A DNA stretch of 59,011 nt, counting the filler, from Catajapyx aquilonaris (Eukaryota): the NCBI GenBank assembly GCA_000934665.2. It is 3 parts of 3 records of this genome, joined end to end, with 100 filler letters (N's around TTAATTAATTAA, not from the genome) between each part and the next. Parts side by side here need not be neighbours in the genome. Positions count along the whole stretch, not along the records: positions 1 to 19,662 come from JYFJ02006439.1; 2 more parts are not named here. The stretch is one strand, 5' to 3'. The position numbers and the translations under genes were made by a program. The notes below the pieces were generated by a model. The model had not been told where the DNA came from, made no database searches, and was given only the letters and a program-made list of their open reading frames with translations. Positions 1-14,299 of this stretch are shown piece after piece (position 1 is the stretch's first letter; the number at the start of each line of letters is the position of its first letter).

Positions 1-2840
1 GTAAGAGTTAAAAAATTCTAGGCTCTTAAAGGTCAGCATCAAAAATTCCTGAGTCGTATAGACTGTTCGGCAAAGTTTGCAAAAATTGTTGCGAATATCT
101 GACCAAATTGCTAGTACCAATAGGTGCTTGCTTCACTGGTTGCTGGAATGAGCAATCCATAAATTTGAATTGGCAATGAAAGTGACGAGAATCGAAACTT
201 ATTAAAATTAATATTTTGTGCAATTTCGCTATATAATGGGACGAGAAATAGCTTTTCAATTGTAGTGCTGGCAGGTTGCGACGCGTGTACTGACAGGGCA
301 GGGGCTCGATAATCGGGAATTATCAATAACTTTTCTGCGCTAAAAATCACTCAACGAAAAGCCATGGCAGACATGGCCATTGATCAATGTCTGCAAAGGA
401 TAAAAACAATCTGTTTTCCTCAAGTCGCGCAACAGGGCCTAGCAGACCCTGTGACATTTAACACTGCAGCCTTTCAGTTTTAATCGACTTACACAGTACA
501 ACGATTGTAATCTGATGCAATTGTTTGTTCGGTACAACATAAATATTGTCGCCCTCTGCTCTGATCCGCATTAGGTTAGGCCTATATATCAGCATAATAA
601 AGAATAGAAAATGTTATCTACAGGTCTAATATTTATGATGGCGGATAATTTCATACCAGCTGACGGCTTCCCAGTGTCGCAACTCTACAGTTCTTGTTTT
701 GTTGTGCTGTACTATAGTGTATGTTCACGTATACTGAACGAAAAGGTTCACTGGATTTCCACTGAATAGTAGGTCAATTTTCTCAATCCATTCTGACATG
801 AAATTATCCATTATTGTCATGCCAATTACAACTTACAGACCGGTTTGCTCTGCCCAAGGATTCTAACCCTGTACCTTCAACCTAATCACAATATTCTTCG
901 GCCATTTTATTTAACGGGTTTCAATGCCCATGGCAACAAATCCCATCGACACAATGGTGACATCTCTGCACTGACCGAAAACACAGGGAGCGTGGGGATG
1001 AAAAGAGCGGTTTTTGTAAGAATCCCCAACCATGCAGGGGTCGTTTGTAGCAACGACTATAGCCACCCCATCCCATATAGACCTGAATTTCTCGTTTGAC
1101 ACTACACTAGCACCAGAGAGAATTTTCAACCCCAGACCCCACCACAGGCAGCAAGCCCTAGAAATTTCCACATGGCAGCATGTGCAGCCATGTGTGGAGT
1201 AAAAGAGAGTGGTAAAAAATGCCTTTTGTCCCGGAGCAAACGCAGAAAAAGACGGAACTCACGCACACATGTATACGCACATCTCTCTTTACGCCATCCT
1301 CTGCGGAGGATCTCCCCGACGCCTTTTACAACCACCCGTTAAAGCTTGGTATGTGCGCGAAGGGTCTCATTACTCCAAGCATAGCCAAGCCTTGTGTAAG
1401 AGAAAGAGAGAAAAAAGACTGCAGGTTTCCATTTTGTGTCCACCTTAACCTCCCTCGTGGCTATGCTCCCAGTCGGCTATACCCTTGCTGACCTTTTGCG
1501 GATTATTCTCTTCTGGGGAATGCAAATCATGCTGCGGGACTCTGCAACTTTTACGAGAGTGATGGGGATGGAAATTCTTGGGGGCCTTTACTTGGGGAGC
1601 ATGTTTACACCCCATGTGGCAGCTCTAATTGCGGCCAAAGTCCATCATCCGGGTCGAGGTCTGCGCGAAACCCCTAGATTTCGCAGGAAGATCCGAGTCA
1701 CGTTTCAAAGTTTCGCATTTAACAGTTGATTCGCACGGTGATCCAATTCCTGCAAGAATTTTTTTTGGAGGGGTTGTGAAAAATTCAAAGTAACGTGTAG
1801 CTGTCACGGAAAAGATTGCTATTTTAGTAGCAGTGACTAAGAGCTGCTATTTATGCTAATCGTTTCTTGGCTCCCTTCCTATATAGTTGGTCGATGTCCC
1901 CCAAAATCAAAATGCAGACAAGGGATACCCGGGGCGGTTTAATCGTTCGTGCACAATAATGGATGGATGGCATTGGCAATTTCATTTCAACCTGCCCCCC
2001 TCCTGTATATAACCCCCATCCCCTCCTCTCTATGCCCACAGAACTATTTACGCGGTTCGTGTGGGATTGCACCTTGGTTGGCCATGTATTGACCACTCAC
2101 CGGTGGTCTCAGGCCGCTGAAGGGCCGCAATCACAGGGTGTGTACTAGATCGGGGAGGGTTGGACAATTGCGGTCAAACCTGTACGCAATAGTTCAAATA
2201 GAACGCCGCCATGTGGCCTGGTGTCAGAGGCCAACAATCGGCATCCGGTAATTTCGGCCCATGGCAAGTCCAACAGCTACAAAATGGCAACATAGCAACC
2301 ACTAAACGTGTTTAAACACGCTAACAGTTATTCACGCAACTGTGTCCTTGAAGAGTTAAAAGCAACATAGCAGCTTGGATCAGAAACTAATGACTATCCC
2401 AATTTTGGACGTATATATATATGTCGGCCAATAATTTAGCGCGAATGCTTCTGGTGGCGCATCTCGTTCCGCAGATATTTTTTGGAGGCATCCAAATGAT
2501 TTCATTTCGCACGAGCTTATAGCTGGAAGCAGGGGGTTTTAAACACAATGCAACATCCGGCGAGGGACACTCAGTTTTGTGGCGGGGGAGGGAGAGGATG
2601 CGGCGCGTCAACACAAAAACACAAGAGAGAAGAAAACCCTGCGGATGCAAATCATGAACTGGACTGTCCGGACAGTAAAACAATAACAAACATGTGCGCC
2701 GCTTTTCCCCGTGATGGCCGGGGCGATGATTTATGCCATCATTTGCCAAGGGCTTGGATTTAATTTGAGCGTCACCTATTGCCACCGATATGACCATGGG
2801 CGCAGGCTGGGACTGATATGGAGACAAGTGGCCGAAAACA

Positions 2841-2893
2841 CAGGGTGTTTCATAATATTAAGTTCCGGGCAAAAATAATTGCGACACACCCTG
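2841..2893. mobile_element. Very short Tc1/mariner-type MITE remnant
   Basis: Termini CAGGGTGT...ACACCCTG followed by TA; same end type as 38112 and 43220. Confidence 0.5.
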
Positions 2894-3169
2894 TATATAC
2901 TCTTTGCGCAGGTGCATCTTCCAGCAAAAGCAAAGCAGGTGCGAACTCAAGGAGCTTGCACCCTTCTCGAAAAGGTAAGGCAGCAGTTAGTCCCCAAATT
3001 GCAGACCGATTTGTCTCAATTATCCGGCTTGAGTTCGCACGAACGCCGCCTAATGGCTCCTTCAATATTGGTACAACCCCGCTTCTTTCTATGTACACAC
3101 CTCCCCGCGACTCATCCCCAATTGTTGTCACTCGCGCCTGATTGGCTTTTCCCTTCGCACTTTGGAGCC

Positions 3170-3543
3170 TGCGAACACAGGGTGCCACAAATTGTTCAAA
3201 ATATGCAAAGATCCTATCATTCCATTTGTCTGTGGGTGATAGGCGGTCTTCATTAGCGATTTTATGTCGTGTCCAAGCGACTTCCGATCGTTGCGTATAG
3301 CGACGTCGCTATAGAATATGAGCGACTTTGACAGATCCTTTGGGCCACCCCCTTCTCCTGTGGGCATGTGAACCCAGGGTGCAACAAATTGTTCCGAAAT
3401 ATGCGAAGTTGTGTAATACTGTTTGTCTCTGGATGATATAGGCTGTAGTCATTCGTGTCCAAGCGACTTCCCGATCGTTTCGTAGCGACGTCGCTAGAAT
3501 ATGAGTGACTTTGATAGATCCTTTGGGCCACCCCCCTTCTCCA
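3170..3543. repeat. Tandem duplication, two ~195-bp diverged units
   Basis: cagggtgc.acaaattgttc...cgtgtccaagcgacttcc...tagcgacgtcgcta...gatcctttgggccaccccc occurs twice in succession. Confidence 0.85.
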
Positions 3544-4143
3544 GAGAGCTCTAAAAAGAAAAAGAGGGGCGCATTCCTTTGAGTCAATCTAACTCTGCGG
3601 TATTCATTCGCCAAATAGCTTTCCACTTCTAAGCTTCATAGCTGGATTAATGCAAGGTTTCATTACCAGTATCAAAGTGGCGCCTGTTAAATTAAACCCC
3701 CGCTATACTTATAATTGCCTTTGTTCCAAAGAAGGCTCTTTTCCTCCCCCCACCCCTTCATCAGCCCCTCTCCTTTTTTTCTCTAGTTTTTTCCGCCCCC
3801 GGGCCCATTATTTTTGAGCAAGTAGCGCCGCCGGTGGAAGAACCGGATTCGTAGAGCCAATCTATTTAGTAAGGAAACTAACAGGTGTTGGTGTGGGAAA
3901 TTGGGAGGGACCCTCTTCTTTTTCTAGAAGAGATAGCCCCCCATGGCAAGTATGTAGCTGACTGGCCCTTGGCCTGCTTGGCTGCTGAGTGGCCTCAGAT
4001 TGGCAGTTGATGAACTGGCAGAGTGTGTATAAAACAGATGAGCCCGCGTAATTGCCTACTTGGAAAAACCATTATTAAATGTGGCCAAGGGACCAAGCAG
4101 AGAGTGGTGCAGCTGGCCACCAGGGAGATACGCCGCTTTTCCT

Positions 4144-4148
<5 letters not shown>

Positions 4149-4182
<34 letters not shown>
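4149..4182. repeat. (CT)n microsatellite
   Basis: Direct reading. Confidence 0.95.
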
Positions 4183-4185
<3 letters not shown>

Positions 4186-4607
4186 CACATCTACTCTCTC
4201 TCTACCCCGCTCAGCATACTCCCCATCCACTTCTTGCAACAGCATTAACGTCCATAAATAGGGCTAATGGGAATCTGTTTGGTCGGCGATCCGTTGGCAA
4301 ATCCCGGAGTGACTGGGGGTTAGCTGGCTAGGTACAGGCTGTGAGGGCAGACAGGCCAGGAAATGCACCAAGAAGAAGCTTCTGGGGTCCAAAAGGTCAG
4401 GCATCGCATAGTGGAAAATATTAGACGCTAATATTAGTTTGAATGATGAAGCATTTAGGCCACTAAAAATAACTGGTAGGAAAGTAACCGCTCAGAGTGT
4501 AGAAGTATTTACCGTACACACTTGATTATTTATTTACTAGTGAACCCGTTGCCAAAATTAGGCAAAACCTATAATTAATCAGCGTGACATTTTATAATTG
4601 TGATATT

Positions 4608-4777
4608 AGGGAGGATAGGGAAGGAAGCGGCTGTGGCCTATTATATACGGAAGCGACCCCGGAATTATCCTAGGAAGACCGTGGAAAACCATGGTCAGGA
4701 TCGTCGGTCCCGGGATTAGAACCCAGGACCTCCAGATTAGCAGCCGGACGCCTTATCCACCATGCCAACCTGCTTCG
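4608..4777 (-). mobile_element. tRNA-derived SINE family B, truncated copy
   Basis: Homologous to 36995-37170; A-box and B-box-like head on the minus strand. Confidence 0.8.
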
Positions 4778-7700
4778 ATAAAACCTGCTTCGGCGTGACA
4801 GTGATAAAATAATCAAAGAATTTAATGAGATGGCCCGCCGATTTACTTTATGTAGTACTATTCTTCACGCATAGATGGCTCATACTCCCTCTGCACACTC
4901 CTGATGCCACATTCGGCATTACTATCATGTCGGACAAACATCCGACGGAAAGAATAAGCATATTAGGAGAAAGATATACCTACTTTAAAAAATGCTTTTC
5001 GGACTTTTCTTTCAATCAGCGGCTCGTAAGCTATCGGCGTGCAAAGTTTCAGCACTCCCAGTAGTCTGAAGGTGGGTTAGGTAGCCCGGACATACATACA
5101 GAACAACTTTCCTTTGTAAAATAATAGAGAATACTTGTACAGTGTGTTGCAGATAAATCAGCACATATCGAGGGAGTGCCAAAATGCCATGGGTTGTTCT
5201 AATCTCCTGGCATGAGATGAGGGGTGCTCCTCCGTCTAATGCCACTCTTTGATGGGGATCACGTCCTATCACGCTTCCTTTTTATACGCCTGCCCAATCA
5301 CCGATTTCCTTGCGTCCACCGTTGCTCCTAATTAAAATTAGGGCTACGTACAGCCATTAGATTCCTCCGGGCTGAATGATTAGGGGGAGATGGGGGCTCC
5401 GTTAACTGGAGTTTTTCCAGAGGAGACGGTTTCGTCTGGGTGTGAAATAAGGGATTGGCTTTGAATCTGTTAACCTGCTGTTAACGAGTGTATCAGCGGC
5501 TTAATTGCATCAGAGACTATGCGTTTATCCGGTTATTCGATTAAACGGACGACTTGACAATGATTTTTTTAACGCATTTTTGTGAATTCCTCCCTAAGGT
5601 ATGTCCTCACATAACTGACCAGGATTGAACCATGCAGCTAAATGGCCGCTCTTGCGCCTCGTCATAAAACCATATATCCGGAAAAGGGAACTGATGCGCT
5701 GATTAACGCGTAATTGCCTTTTTGTGCAAGGCGCGAAGAGAATATACATTTCTTAAAGGCCAGCCAATAAGGAAACAGGCTACGTACCGCAGATCGGAAT
5801 GCAGATGCGTACAGAGAGTCCAGCTCGAACTAAATGACGTCATTGTGTACGGTTCCAGGTTTATATGACAGTCACGAAATAATAAATTCATAGATTTTTT
5901 TTTTCTTCCTCCAGCAGTCGCGTGATAAGAAGTCGTTGAGGTCAACTCCATTTCCGATTACACTTTTCCAGGAATGTGCAATTAGGAGGCTCTCCATAGA
6001 TTTTCAAAGACTGACAACAAATACGTAGAAATTCGTACAATTTTTCCTATCAGAAATTAGATTTTCGAAGGCCAGTTTCTTGAATTCGGTAGGGACTAAA
6101 AGGCAGTAATCCAAGGGAGAGGACCTTGTTCCTCAGGCTTCGCACCGGGTCATAACCAAGGTTAATGCTCGTTTTTGCCAGCAGTCCGGTTGTTACAAGG
6201 ATTATACTTCCCTGCGGAATTCACGCCATTAAACCTAAACTATTCTCGACCAAGTTGCATGGATGTATGTACTATTTCACACGTGGCAGTATTGGGTTTT
6301 GCCCAGGAAATTTCGTCGTCTGCAGTGTATATAAGCCAGAAGACATTACAACCGGCAAGTCTTATATTTCTTTCGAAGCTGGAAAAACCGGATTTGGAAG
6401 TAAATTGAGTCCAAAAATTCTTTTAAAAGGGTGGATCCCAAGATGCAGGTGTCCCAAGGATCATCATAGACCCGCGTTTTTCGCCAACTCGTCATTTGAA
6501 GGCGTGATCATTGGCCCAGGAGTAATGGTATCCATAAAAAAGTGGGGTCCACTAATTTACTGATTACAGAGTCATAAAAGGTTGCTCGGATAAAAACAAG
6601 GCCCATTTGCATGGGTTGTGTTGTGTGTGTGTGTATGTTTTTTTCTGGCCTGTTAGTAGAACCAGGTTGTCGGCTATTGTTCTAATTTCCAAATAAACCC
6701 ATATATCTATAGCCAGTGCACTGGAGTGTGCACAAAAAAAAATTGTGCGCTGGAAAAAAATAAGTCATTGTCGTGCTGTGATGTCACGTCCGGACGGAAG
6801 GTACAAAGAGCCGGAAGGCAGGACCTTTGAAACGTAAATATGTGCTCGTGCTGTATGATTCACCCGGCAGTAAGTTCTTTTGATACCCACTCTCTTTTTT
6901 GAGCAAGATTGCGATGGATAATTTTTGCCGGTGCAAGTGTTCTATAGTCCGGAAAGTCAATATCCGGCTTATCTGAAAACTACAAGTGCTACCATTCAAC
7001 CCCAAAGCGAGTGTCCGACACCATTGACGAAACCGAATTTTCGCTAAGCCCCAGTATCAAAAAATGAGCCAAAAACATCTAATCTCTAAATTATTATTTT
7101 AACAATAATATCGCATTTGCACGAAATAGCTTTTTTCCCGTAGAATTGATTAAATAATGTAATGATATTGATATTGATTGAATCAATTGGAGAAAATAAA
7201 AGGTTTGGAAAAAATTTAGATGATCGTTACAAGTGCCAAAACGTCCATTTATCAGTAAATATTTGATGAAGACGTTTCGTTGCCCGCCAGTCAGTTTTTG
7301 GACAAAACTGATGCGTTTGTTGCGAATGTGATTCAATCCAATTGCTGCGTTTTCAGCCATATCCGTCAGTTAAAATATTGCGCTCCCGGAACATAGCTCA
7401 AATATTACATTTTTCATTATTCGGAATTTTTTATCAATAGGCCTACATTTTTGATGCTACAATTCAATCTGATGTGAACGATATTATTTCGGTTCGCGAA
7501 AAAAAAAACTGGCTCGCCGCATATTTTTCCGCATGTCGCGCCAATTAGCATATAGCAAAATATTTAGCAAAAAAGTGTCACCTTCCCATCTCCTCGTTAG
7601 TCCACCTGAGCCAACATGTGGAAAGCGAGACACGTATGGGAGCTACTCCCTTTCATCCATTCCTTTTCTTCTTTTTTAAACACTGCCCAGACGTGTTGAT

Positions 7701-10700
7701 CGGTTAATTGGACTGCTTTCCACATGTCCAAAAAGTGTGTGTGTGTGTGTATAAGCTCGTTAGCAGCAACTTACTTTCCCTTTACAGTCCCTTGGAAAGC
7801 GACTATTAGAAAGCTACGAATCTTTCCTATTGTCTAAACCTAGCAAGGAGGGTGAGCACAGAATATATTTTTTTGTGAACTTCCTCCTTCCGATGCCTTT
7901 CTGCCATTTTCGACCATGAATTTTACATAGGTAATTAAGAGGGCTCTTTCCCCGAGTGTCGGCAAGAGCGGATGAGGGTTCCTTCTCCAATTTTGCTGCC
8001 TGCAAAATGCGAAAAAGACGAATTCAAGTGCACGAGGGGAAAACCCTATTTTTTTTGTAAGTTAGAAAGTACTTCCTTATCTTTATTAGCCGGATTAATC
8101 TGACGAATCTTAACTGGTCAGTACTTTTTTGTACGTGAATTTTTTTTCTTGCCTCTAGCAACCTCCCCCTGCCTGTAGCAACCCTCCTCTCGCTACTACC
8201 TGTGGTGCCGTGCGTTATTGAGACAGGCCATCATAAAAGTCTCCCGGCAGAATTTATAGGCGTCTCGTAATAAAACGAGGGGTGGGCAAGGAGGGAAGGA
8301 GGCTGGAGGGTTAAAGGAAGGAGGGCTATACTCCCTAGTTCTTCTCTCTATTCCCGTGCAAAAGGCGCAGCTGCAGAAATAGCTCGCCACCGGCTGGTGG
8401 ACCTTGCGAAACATTCGACGATCGCTACAAAAAGCGCCCAAAAATAAAGGGGGGGCAGGGTGGGGGTAAAGGAGGGGAGAAAGAAGGAGGAGGGGGAAAA
8501 AAAGTGTGGAGGAACTTGGGGTCGAAGACTTCCAATTTTTTTTTCTTCGAGGCACAAAATGTAGCTTTCAATCTTTTTGGGGGGATGTTTTGGACGATAC
8601 TATGGTCAGAAAGGTGAATTGGATGATGGGCAGTCCATCCATCCACTCAAAATGTGCCAAAATTTAGAAAATTTAGGAAGCTCGTAATGTATGCTGAATT
8701 TATAACATATCGTATTATTTACATGCACTGTAAAAAATATTCGTAAAACCGGTTATATTATTAGTCTGCAATTAGGCCATCACATGGGGTAATGACAATA
8801 AATAAATAAATAATATTACGAGTCTGCATTCATGTGTTATAATTGTCACTATTAAGTACTGAGAGTGAATTTTCTTGCACTTGTCTCAATCGTTCAGTTT
8901 ACTACAGAAAATCAGCTAAATCTGTACTGTGGACTTGAGGGATAATTGGAATTGAAATTGAAATCATTAAGTTAACATGCATGTTACATGGCTGTGTTTG
9001 CAATTTTGAAGGTTGACACATTATTGCATAACACCGTCCAATTGACTTCTTGATCTTGAATAATACATGTAAATTTCGGCACTGGAAGCATTTCAAGAGT
9101 GACATATAGCACTTTCAAATTAATTCAGAGCGCAAATGTGCGTGTGGGACTTTTAGAGCTTCTTTCCGACTGCATTATTTTTCTGCCCCTTTGTAAAAAC
9201 CACAGGGCACTCTCTCCAGGTCAAAACCGCGCCAAGCTTTGCGTAATATTTAATTATAAAAACGGCACAAACTGAAGGCTGTCCATCTGACACTCGCAAC
9301 AAAGGTCCGGTATTTTATAAAACGCTCACTTTGCTTATGTTGCATGTATTGTTGTAAACTGGTTGGCGGCCATTGGGTAAATGACCCGTTTAACCCATAA
9401 GAAAACAGGTTGCCGCCCACAGCAATATTAATACTGCAATTAAAATTTCAGCAAGTGACCCTGTACCTCATCAAGCTTCGAGTCTAATCTAAACAGACCC
9501 TATCTTTTAGTCGGGTCTAGGACCAAAAACCGGGACATGCATGTCGCAAAATAATTCAATCATGCGTGTTTAATGGTGGGGGATAAAACTACCTACCTAA
9601 TTGCAACAGTTGTAGGCAAAAGAGAGGGGGAGGGGGAGGATCGTAAAGTTCTTTTTCATGGCACAATGTAGCGGAGATATGGCCCATTTTAATATTTCTT
9701 ACGGCTGAAAGAAACTCCCCCGTTCATACTTTATTGTCCGGATGTCTACTGTCACGACTCTCCTGACATCGTGTTATTTTTTTAATTCGTAACTACACCG
9801 GGTCGGTTTTGTTGTTATCGTGCACCCTTACCTAGCAATTGGTGCGAAACACTGTAATTTGGCCCTAAAATACACGGGAAGTGCGGAATATTTTTATCTG
9901 AGGCGGAAGAAAAAATCGCGACTCCGATATTAAGTTTGTTAAGAAAGTTAGAAAGTCCAAAAAAAAAACATTTGTTACAAATTTTCTTTATACAGATGCG
10001 TTGAGCAGGTCGAGTTCAAAAGGATACCTGACGCCAGTTCTAAACAAGTTGTCGCAATTAGCAAAATTAATTAGGCTTGAGGTATACTGCAGGCTGCATA
10101 ATGGAATGCACAGGGGCGTAGCTAAAGAAATCAAGGCAAACTTTGGGAGAGTCTTGGGAGGCTTGAGACATTGAGGCTTGAGACAAGAATGTGTTTTTTT
10201 TGGAAAAATTAATCGACACACATTTCAGTTTATTAACACTGCTATATTTTGCTTGCAGTACACGGTTTTAATTTTAACTGAATTGTTACACTGCAGTTAT
10301 CACGTGGAATCGATAGCCTCCAATCTCATTATTTGAAATTAATTGCGTTACTGCTTACACAGGATGGTCCACACAATAAAATGCTTTTTTTTTGGGGGGG
10401 GGGGGGGACATAATAATTCTCATATTACTGGCATTATAATTACATGCAGAATGCGCGCGTGAAACTTTCTAGATCATGCATTCATTTTAAAAAATTGACT
10501 TTCACTTTCTATACTATATTAAAAAATATAAAACCCAGCGTGCAAGCTGGGAGTTCTCCGAATTGTTTTGTCAAGTGTTGTTACAGTGCAGTTAATTAGA
10601 TTGAGCTGTTGTTGCACGCAGGTTGCATCGCAATATTTTTTTGTACAGGTCCCAGCCGGAATGCAATAATAATCACGTGCGAAATATCACAAACAGAAGA

Positions 10701-12381
10701 AATGCACTGAAGCAGTGTGGAAATATTTCGCACAGTTTTTTTTGAAAGTTCTGCAATTTTAAAAATGACGTCATATTTGTTGCCACGAATTTGTAGCTTG
10801 CAAAAAATTGCACTTTACTATTTATAGAGTGGAAATTGGCCCGAATTGCTAAATGATCGTTAATCATTACAAGCTTTAGGAGGAACCTGTCTTTTGCGGA
10901 AAGTTTGTGTTCGCTGATGATTTTTAGCACACAACCTGTTCAATAACGACTCGCGATTCCGCTATAGACAGGTCATCCTGTCGCACATGCATCTCAACGT
11001 GACTCAACCGGCACACAGATTGCCTCCAAGTTCAGGATACAACACAACCGATTACGTTCCTATCAGACCCAAACAGGTGAAGCAAAATACACGGCGGTTA
11101 GCTTCGCGATATGATATCATACTATTATCGCCCCCCCCCCCCACACTATAGTACAGTTGGAGCCAAAAATAGGACCGGAAACCTGTAGAGTACCGAGGGG
11201 GGGCCCTCCTGCCGTGTAGCTGGTAAGGTGCATCTACAAAAATTTTCGTGTCGACCACGAGGGTGTTTTTTTTTTGCCGGCGCTTGCACAGGTGGACGGC
11301 GTTGAAAATACTCCCAACTTGAAGGTCACTGAATGTAATTATAGCCGTACGTAACGTGGTAAAAAAATATGTGGTTGAAAAATAGCTAAAAGTTGGGATC
11401 TCACACATGGCAGCCTCTCTGGCCATTGTGTGGAGCACACATTGGGTTCTAGCATGTGATGGATTTCCCCCCTTCTCCAGCCAGTAATTTCTAAACTTAT
11501 CTGGAAAGCGGCGCAATGTTTTCCCAGGCCAGCAACCGGCGATCAACTTGACAAATGGCTGCAAGAACTGGCCAGCAATCAATTCCCTATCTTTCAACCG
11601 ACAAGTTGGGCCTTGTCTAGCCATGCAATGTAGATAGTTCCAATTACAAGAAATTGTTGCGCCTAAGGTACAAGAGTGAATCCCCCCCAAACTTCGCTGA
11701 CAACACACCGGATGGTACTCACCGACTAATGTTGAAGCCGCGTGATGTCTTCCATTGTGTTGCTGTGTATTGTTGAGAGTAGGGTCACTACACTGGCCTG
11801 GTCAACAGTCCATCTACGGTGAAGAATAAGTAGTGTGGGTGAGTCTCACGTTGTGGTATTGACGTAGTGTGGAGCGCGCGTGGCTTCCTCCCTCGAAGGT
11901 TGGCAGCAGACTAGCTCTCTCTGTGTGTGTCTCTCCCCTCCTAGCTGTGTGTCGACTACTACACAACCAACCAGCCAACCCTGGTCGGAGAGGGGAGCTC
12001 TGGCTGCTCTGCCAGAGCTAGAACCCCCAGCCCTCCCTTCGCGTGCCGGAAAATTGAACGCTCAAGCCCGCTGTTGCCACCTCTCTAGCCTCTCTCTCTC
12101 TCCCTCCCCCCCTCTCTCTCTCACCCCTCTTCACAAAACCCTCCTCCTCTCCTCTCCTTTTTGCTTTCTCTCCGTTCTCTCCCTGGATGCCAAGGTTACT
12201 GCATCACAACATGTTCTTGCCCAGGCTCATCCCCAGCCTTGCCTGGAGAGAGAGACAGACCGCCCGTGGTGGAGTAATGGCCATTAGATGGGTATTAAAT
12301 GAAAGGGGGGTGGAGGGTGAGGCAACTCAGGCCATGATGAGAAGGGTACGAGATTCATCATGGTTCGCCCAATATTCACAA

Positions 12382-12579
12382 CTAGTCGAACCGCTTGCCA
12401 AAACCCCGACTGTCTACGTGCTGGACATTAATGGTGTGGTACTGGTGGCGCCACAAATACGGCATCTTAATGTCCAGCACTGTACCATACCCCTTGAATA
12501 GATGGCGCGACATCCCACTCTGCACACTGCTGCCACTCTCAGGGTCGGGCGAGGGGTAGTGGTACAGTACTACATGCAC
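12382..12579 (-). CDS. Candidate terminal exon of an unidentified minus-strand gene
   Basis: Acceptor gccag|, phase 0. Reads VHVVLYHYPSPDPESGSSVQSGMSRHLFKGYGTVLDIKMPYLWRHQYHTINVQHVDSRGFGKRFD*; phase-compatible with the 14198-14299 exon. Confidence 0.4.
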   Translation of the reverse strand: MHVVLYHYPSPDPESGSSVQSGMSRHLFKGYGTVLDIKMPYLWRHQYHTINVQHVDSRGFGKRFD

Positions 12580-12631
12580 CTGGCTAACCCCGGACAGAGG
12601 CACAGACTCCAGTAAAATTATATATACGGTG

Positions 12632-12858
12632 CCGTCAATGGGAGTGAGATTGTGCCAGGTGGGGTGAGATTGTGCCAGCGCATTTTTGGACAACAGTGCG
12701 CCCTACTGACAGCAAGCGAATTTAGGCATGTTTTGCTACATTTACGGGTGGTCAATGTTGGAAATGACGAGTAAAATTCGCGGTAGGGCGCGCTGTTGTT
12801 CAAAATATGCGCTGGCACAATCTCACCCAACCTGGCACAATCTCACCCCAATTGACGG
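12632..12858. mobile_element. Tc1/mariner-superfamily (pogo-like) MITE
   Basis: TIRs of ~75 bp, CCGTCAAT.GG..TGAGATTGTGCCAG / CTGGCACAATCTCACCCCAATTGACGG, with an internal duplicated motif; TA at the right end. Confidence 0.8.
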
Positions 12859-14197
12859 TATGTGATGATTTACATGGGGATTCACTTTAATGCCCGACCC
12901 TTTGGACTTTTTACTGAGGTATTAGCCATTTTCTATCGTCATTCGCTTACATGTTATCATAATCGTAATCAGTGTGCACTTGAAAGTGGCCCCGTATGAC
13001 GTTTTCTTGTAGAGTTGTAGGCTACATGAAGTGGGACACAGCTTGTAAGCGGGTTTTTTTTTACAAGATAACATGGAACATGGAGGGATCAGAGTCATAG
13101 TGAATTCGAGATTTGTTGTTTGAATTTTAAATATTTTAGTACGCCTTAGGAGGAAAAAAACATGCACATTTTTCTACTGCAGACTGAATAAATGTTCTAG
13201 TTTCTAGTAAATGAATGACTTGGACGTCAGAATTGACAGAAAAATACGGGCCGGAGATTGCGTTTCTAAATGGCTAACTCAATTTCGGCTAAAATGTGAC
13301 TGATCGTTTCGTGTCTCTAATTGATTTAATCACCTAAAAAGGGCGATTTCAATTTAAATTAAGTGCTGCAGTAGAGAATATTAATATTTCTCATTGCAAA
13401 TTGAAAGGGTAAGCTTTATTGTTTCAATACAACATATTTTGTACTTTTTTCTGTAGTTTGGAGAAAACTGGAACCTCAGAGAGAAAATAATCCCTCGAAG
13501 AAGAAATTACCCAGAATGATTAGAAAGTATTGCAAGAGTAAGAAACACTCGCAGTATATTCTACAAAAAATATATATCTCTACAGAATTCCATTAACAGA
13601 ATTCGTCCACTTTTATCAATGAAACAAATTTGTAATTAATAGCATATTTTACGGAAATGCACATTTTAAAACTCTGTAATGCAGTAGAGAGTAGACTATA
13701 TAAATTCCTAGATAAATTCATTAGAAATAACACTAGAATATACAATATGTAAATAAAACCATATAAAAATCAACGCAATTTTTATAAATGAAATTACAGC
13801 CCAATTAACCTTTCATGCGGATGGGCAGGTCTGTTGTGCTTTGTCAGAGACAAGCCTCACTACTAATAATTATATTGGTCTTTATAGCAACCAAAAATTT
13901 ATTTATTAATACTATTTTCTATCTAGTTTTGTTCGGCTTTTATTGTAGTATTCTTTGGTGCAAGGATTTCCTCTTTAATTAATATGCTGTAGTTTATTGG
14001 CAAAGCTAATCCTTTCAAATGTGAATATGAATATTTAATTTTTCGGTAGAGCCGGTTTGCTTAGAGTTTAATGCTGTATTTAAAAGAAGCAAATAGGTAA
14101 TCGAGTGTTGCTTCTCTTCAAACGGGTTACTGTAGTAAACAATCCACATCTTTTCCCCCCTTCCTTCAGGAGACTTGGGCATCAGCATAACACCAAC

Positions 14198-14299
14198 CTG
14201 AGAGGATGCAGTACAATGCAGCAGTCGGTGTAATCTATAAGCAACAGTGCGCCTGAACCGTAGCTCAGACAACGCTGCGTTTTCATCATCAGGGTCGCG
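14198..14299 (-). CDS. Candidate internal exon of an unidentified minus-strand gene
   Basis: Acceptor ctcattag|, donor cag|gttggt. Phase 0-0, RDPDDENAALSELRFRRTVAYRLHRLLHCTASSQ. Confidence 0.35.

Noticed and set aside
1..7. GTAAGAG donor-like sequence at the window start
   Set aside because: Upstream context is outside the window, so it cannot be assessed.
3640..5520. Clusters of TAAT/GGATTA/ATCAAAG motifs suggesting enhancers
   Set aside because: Short motifs expected by chance; cannot be supported without conservation or chromatin data.
11052..11708. 218-aa minus-strand ORF
   Set aside because: Non-ATG start, homopolymer-derived segments and no recognisable motif.
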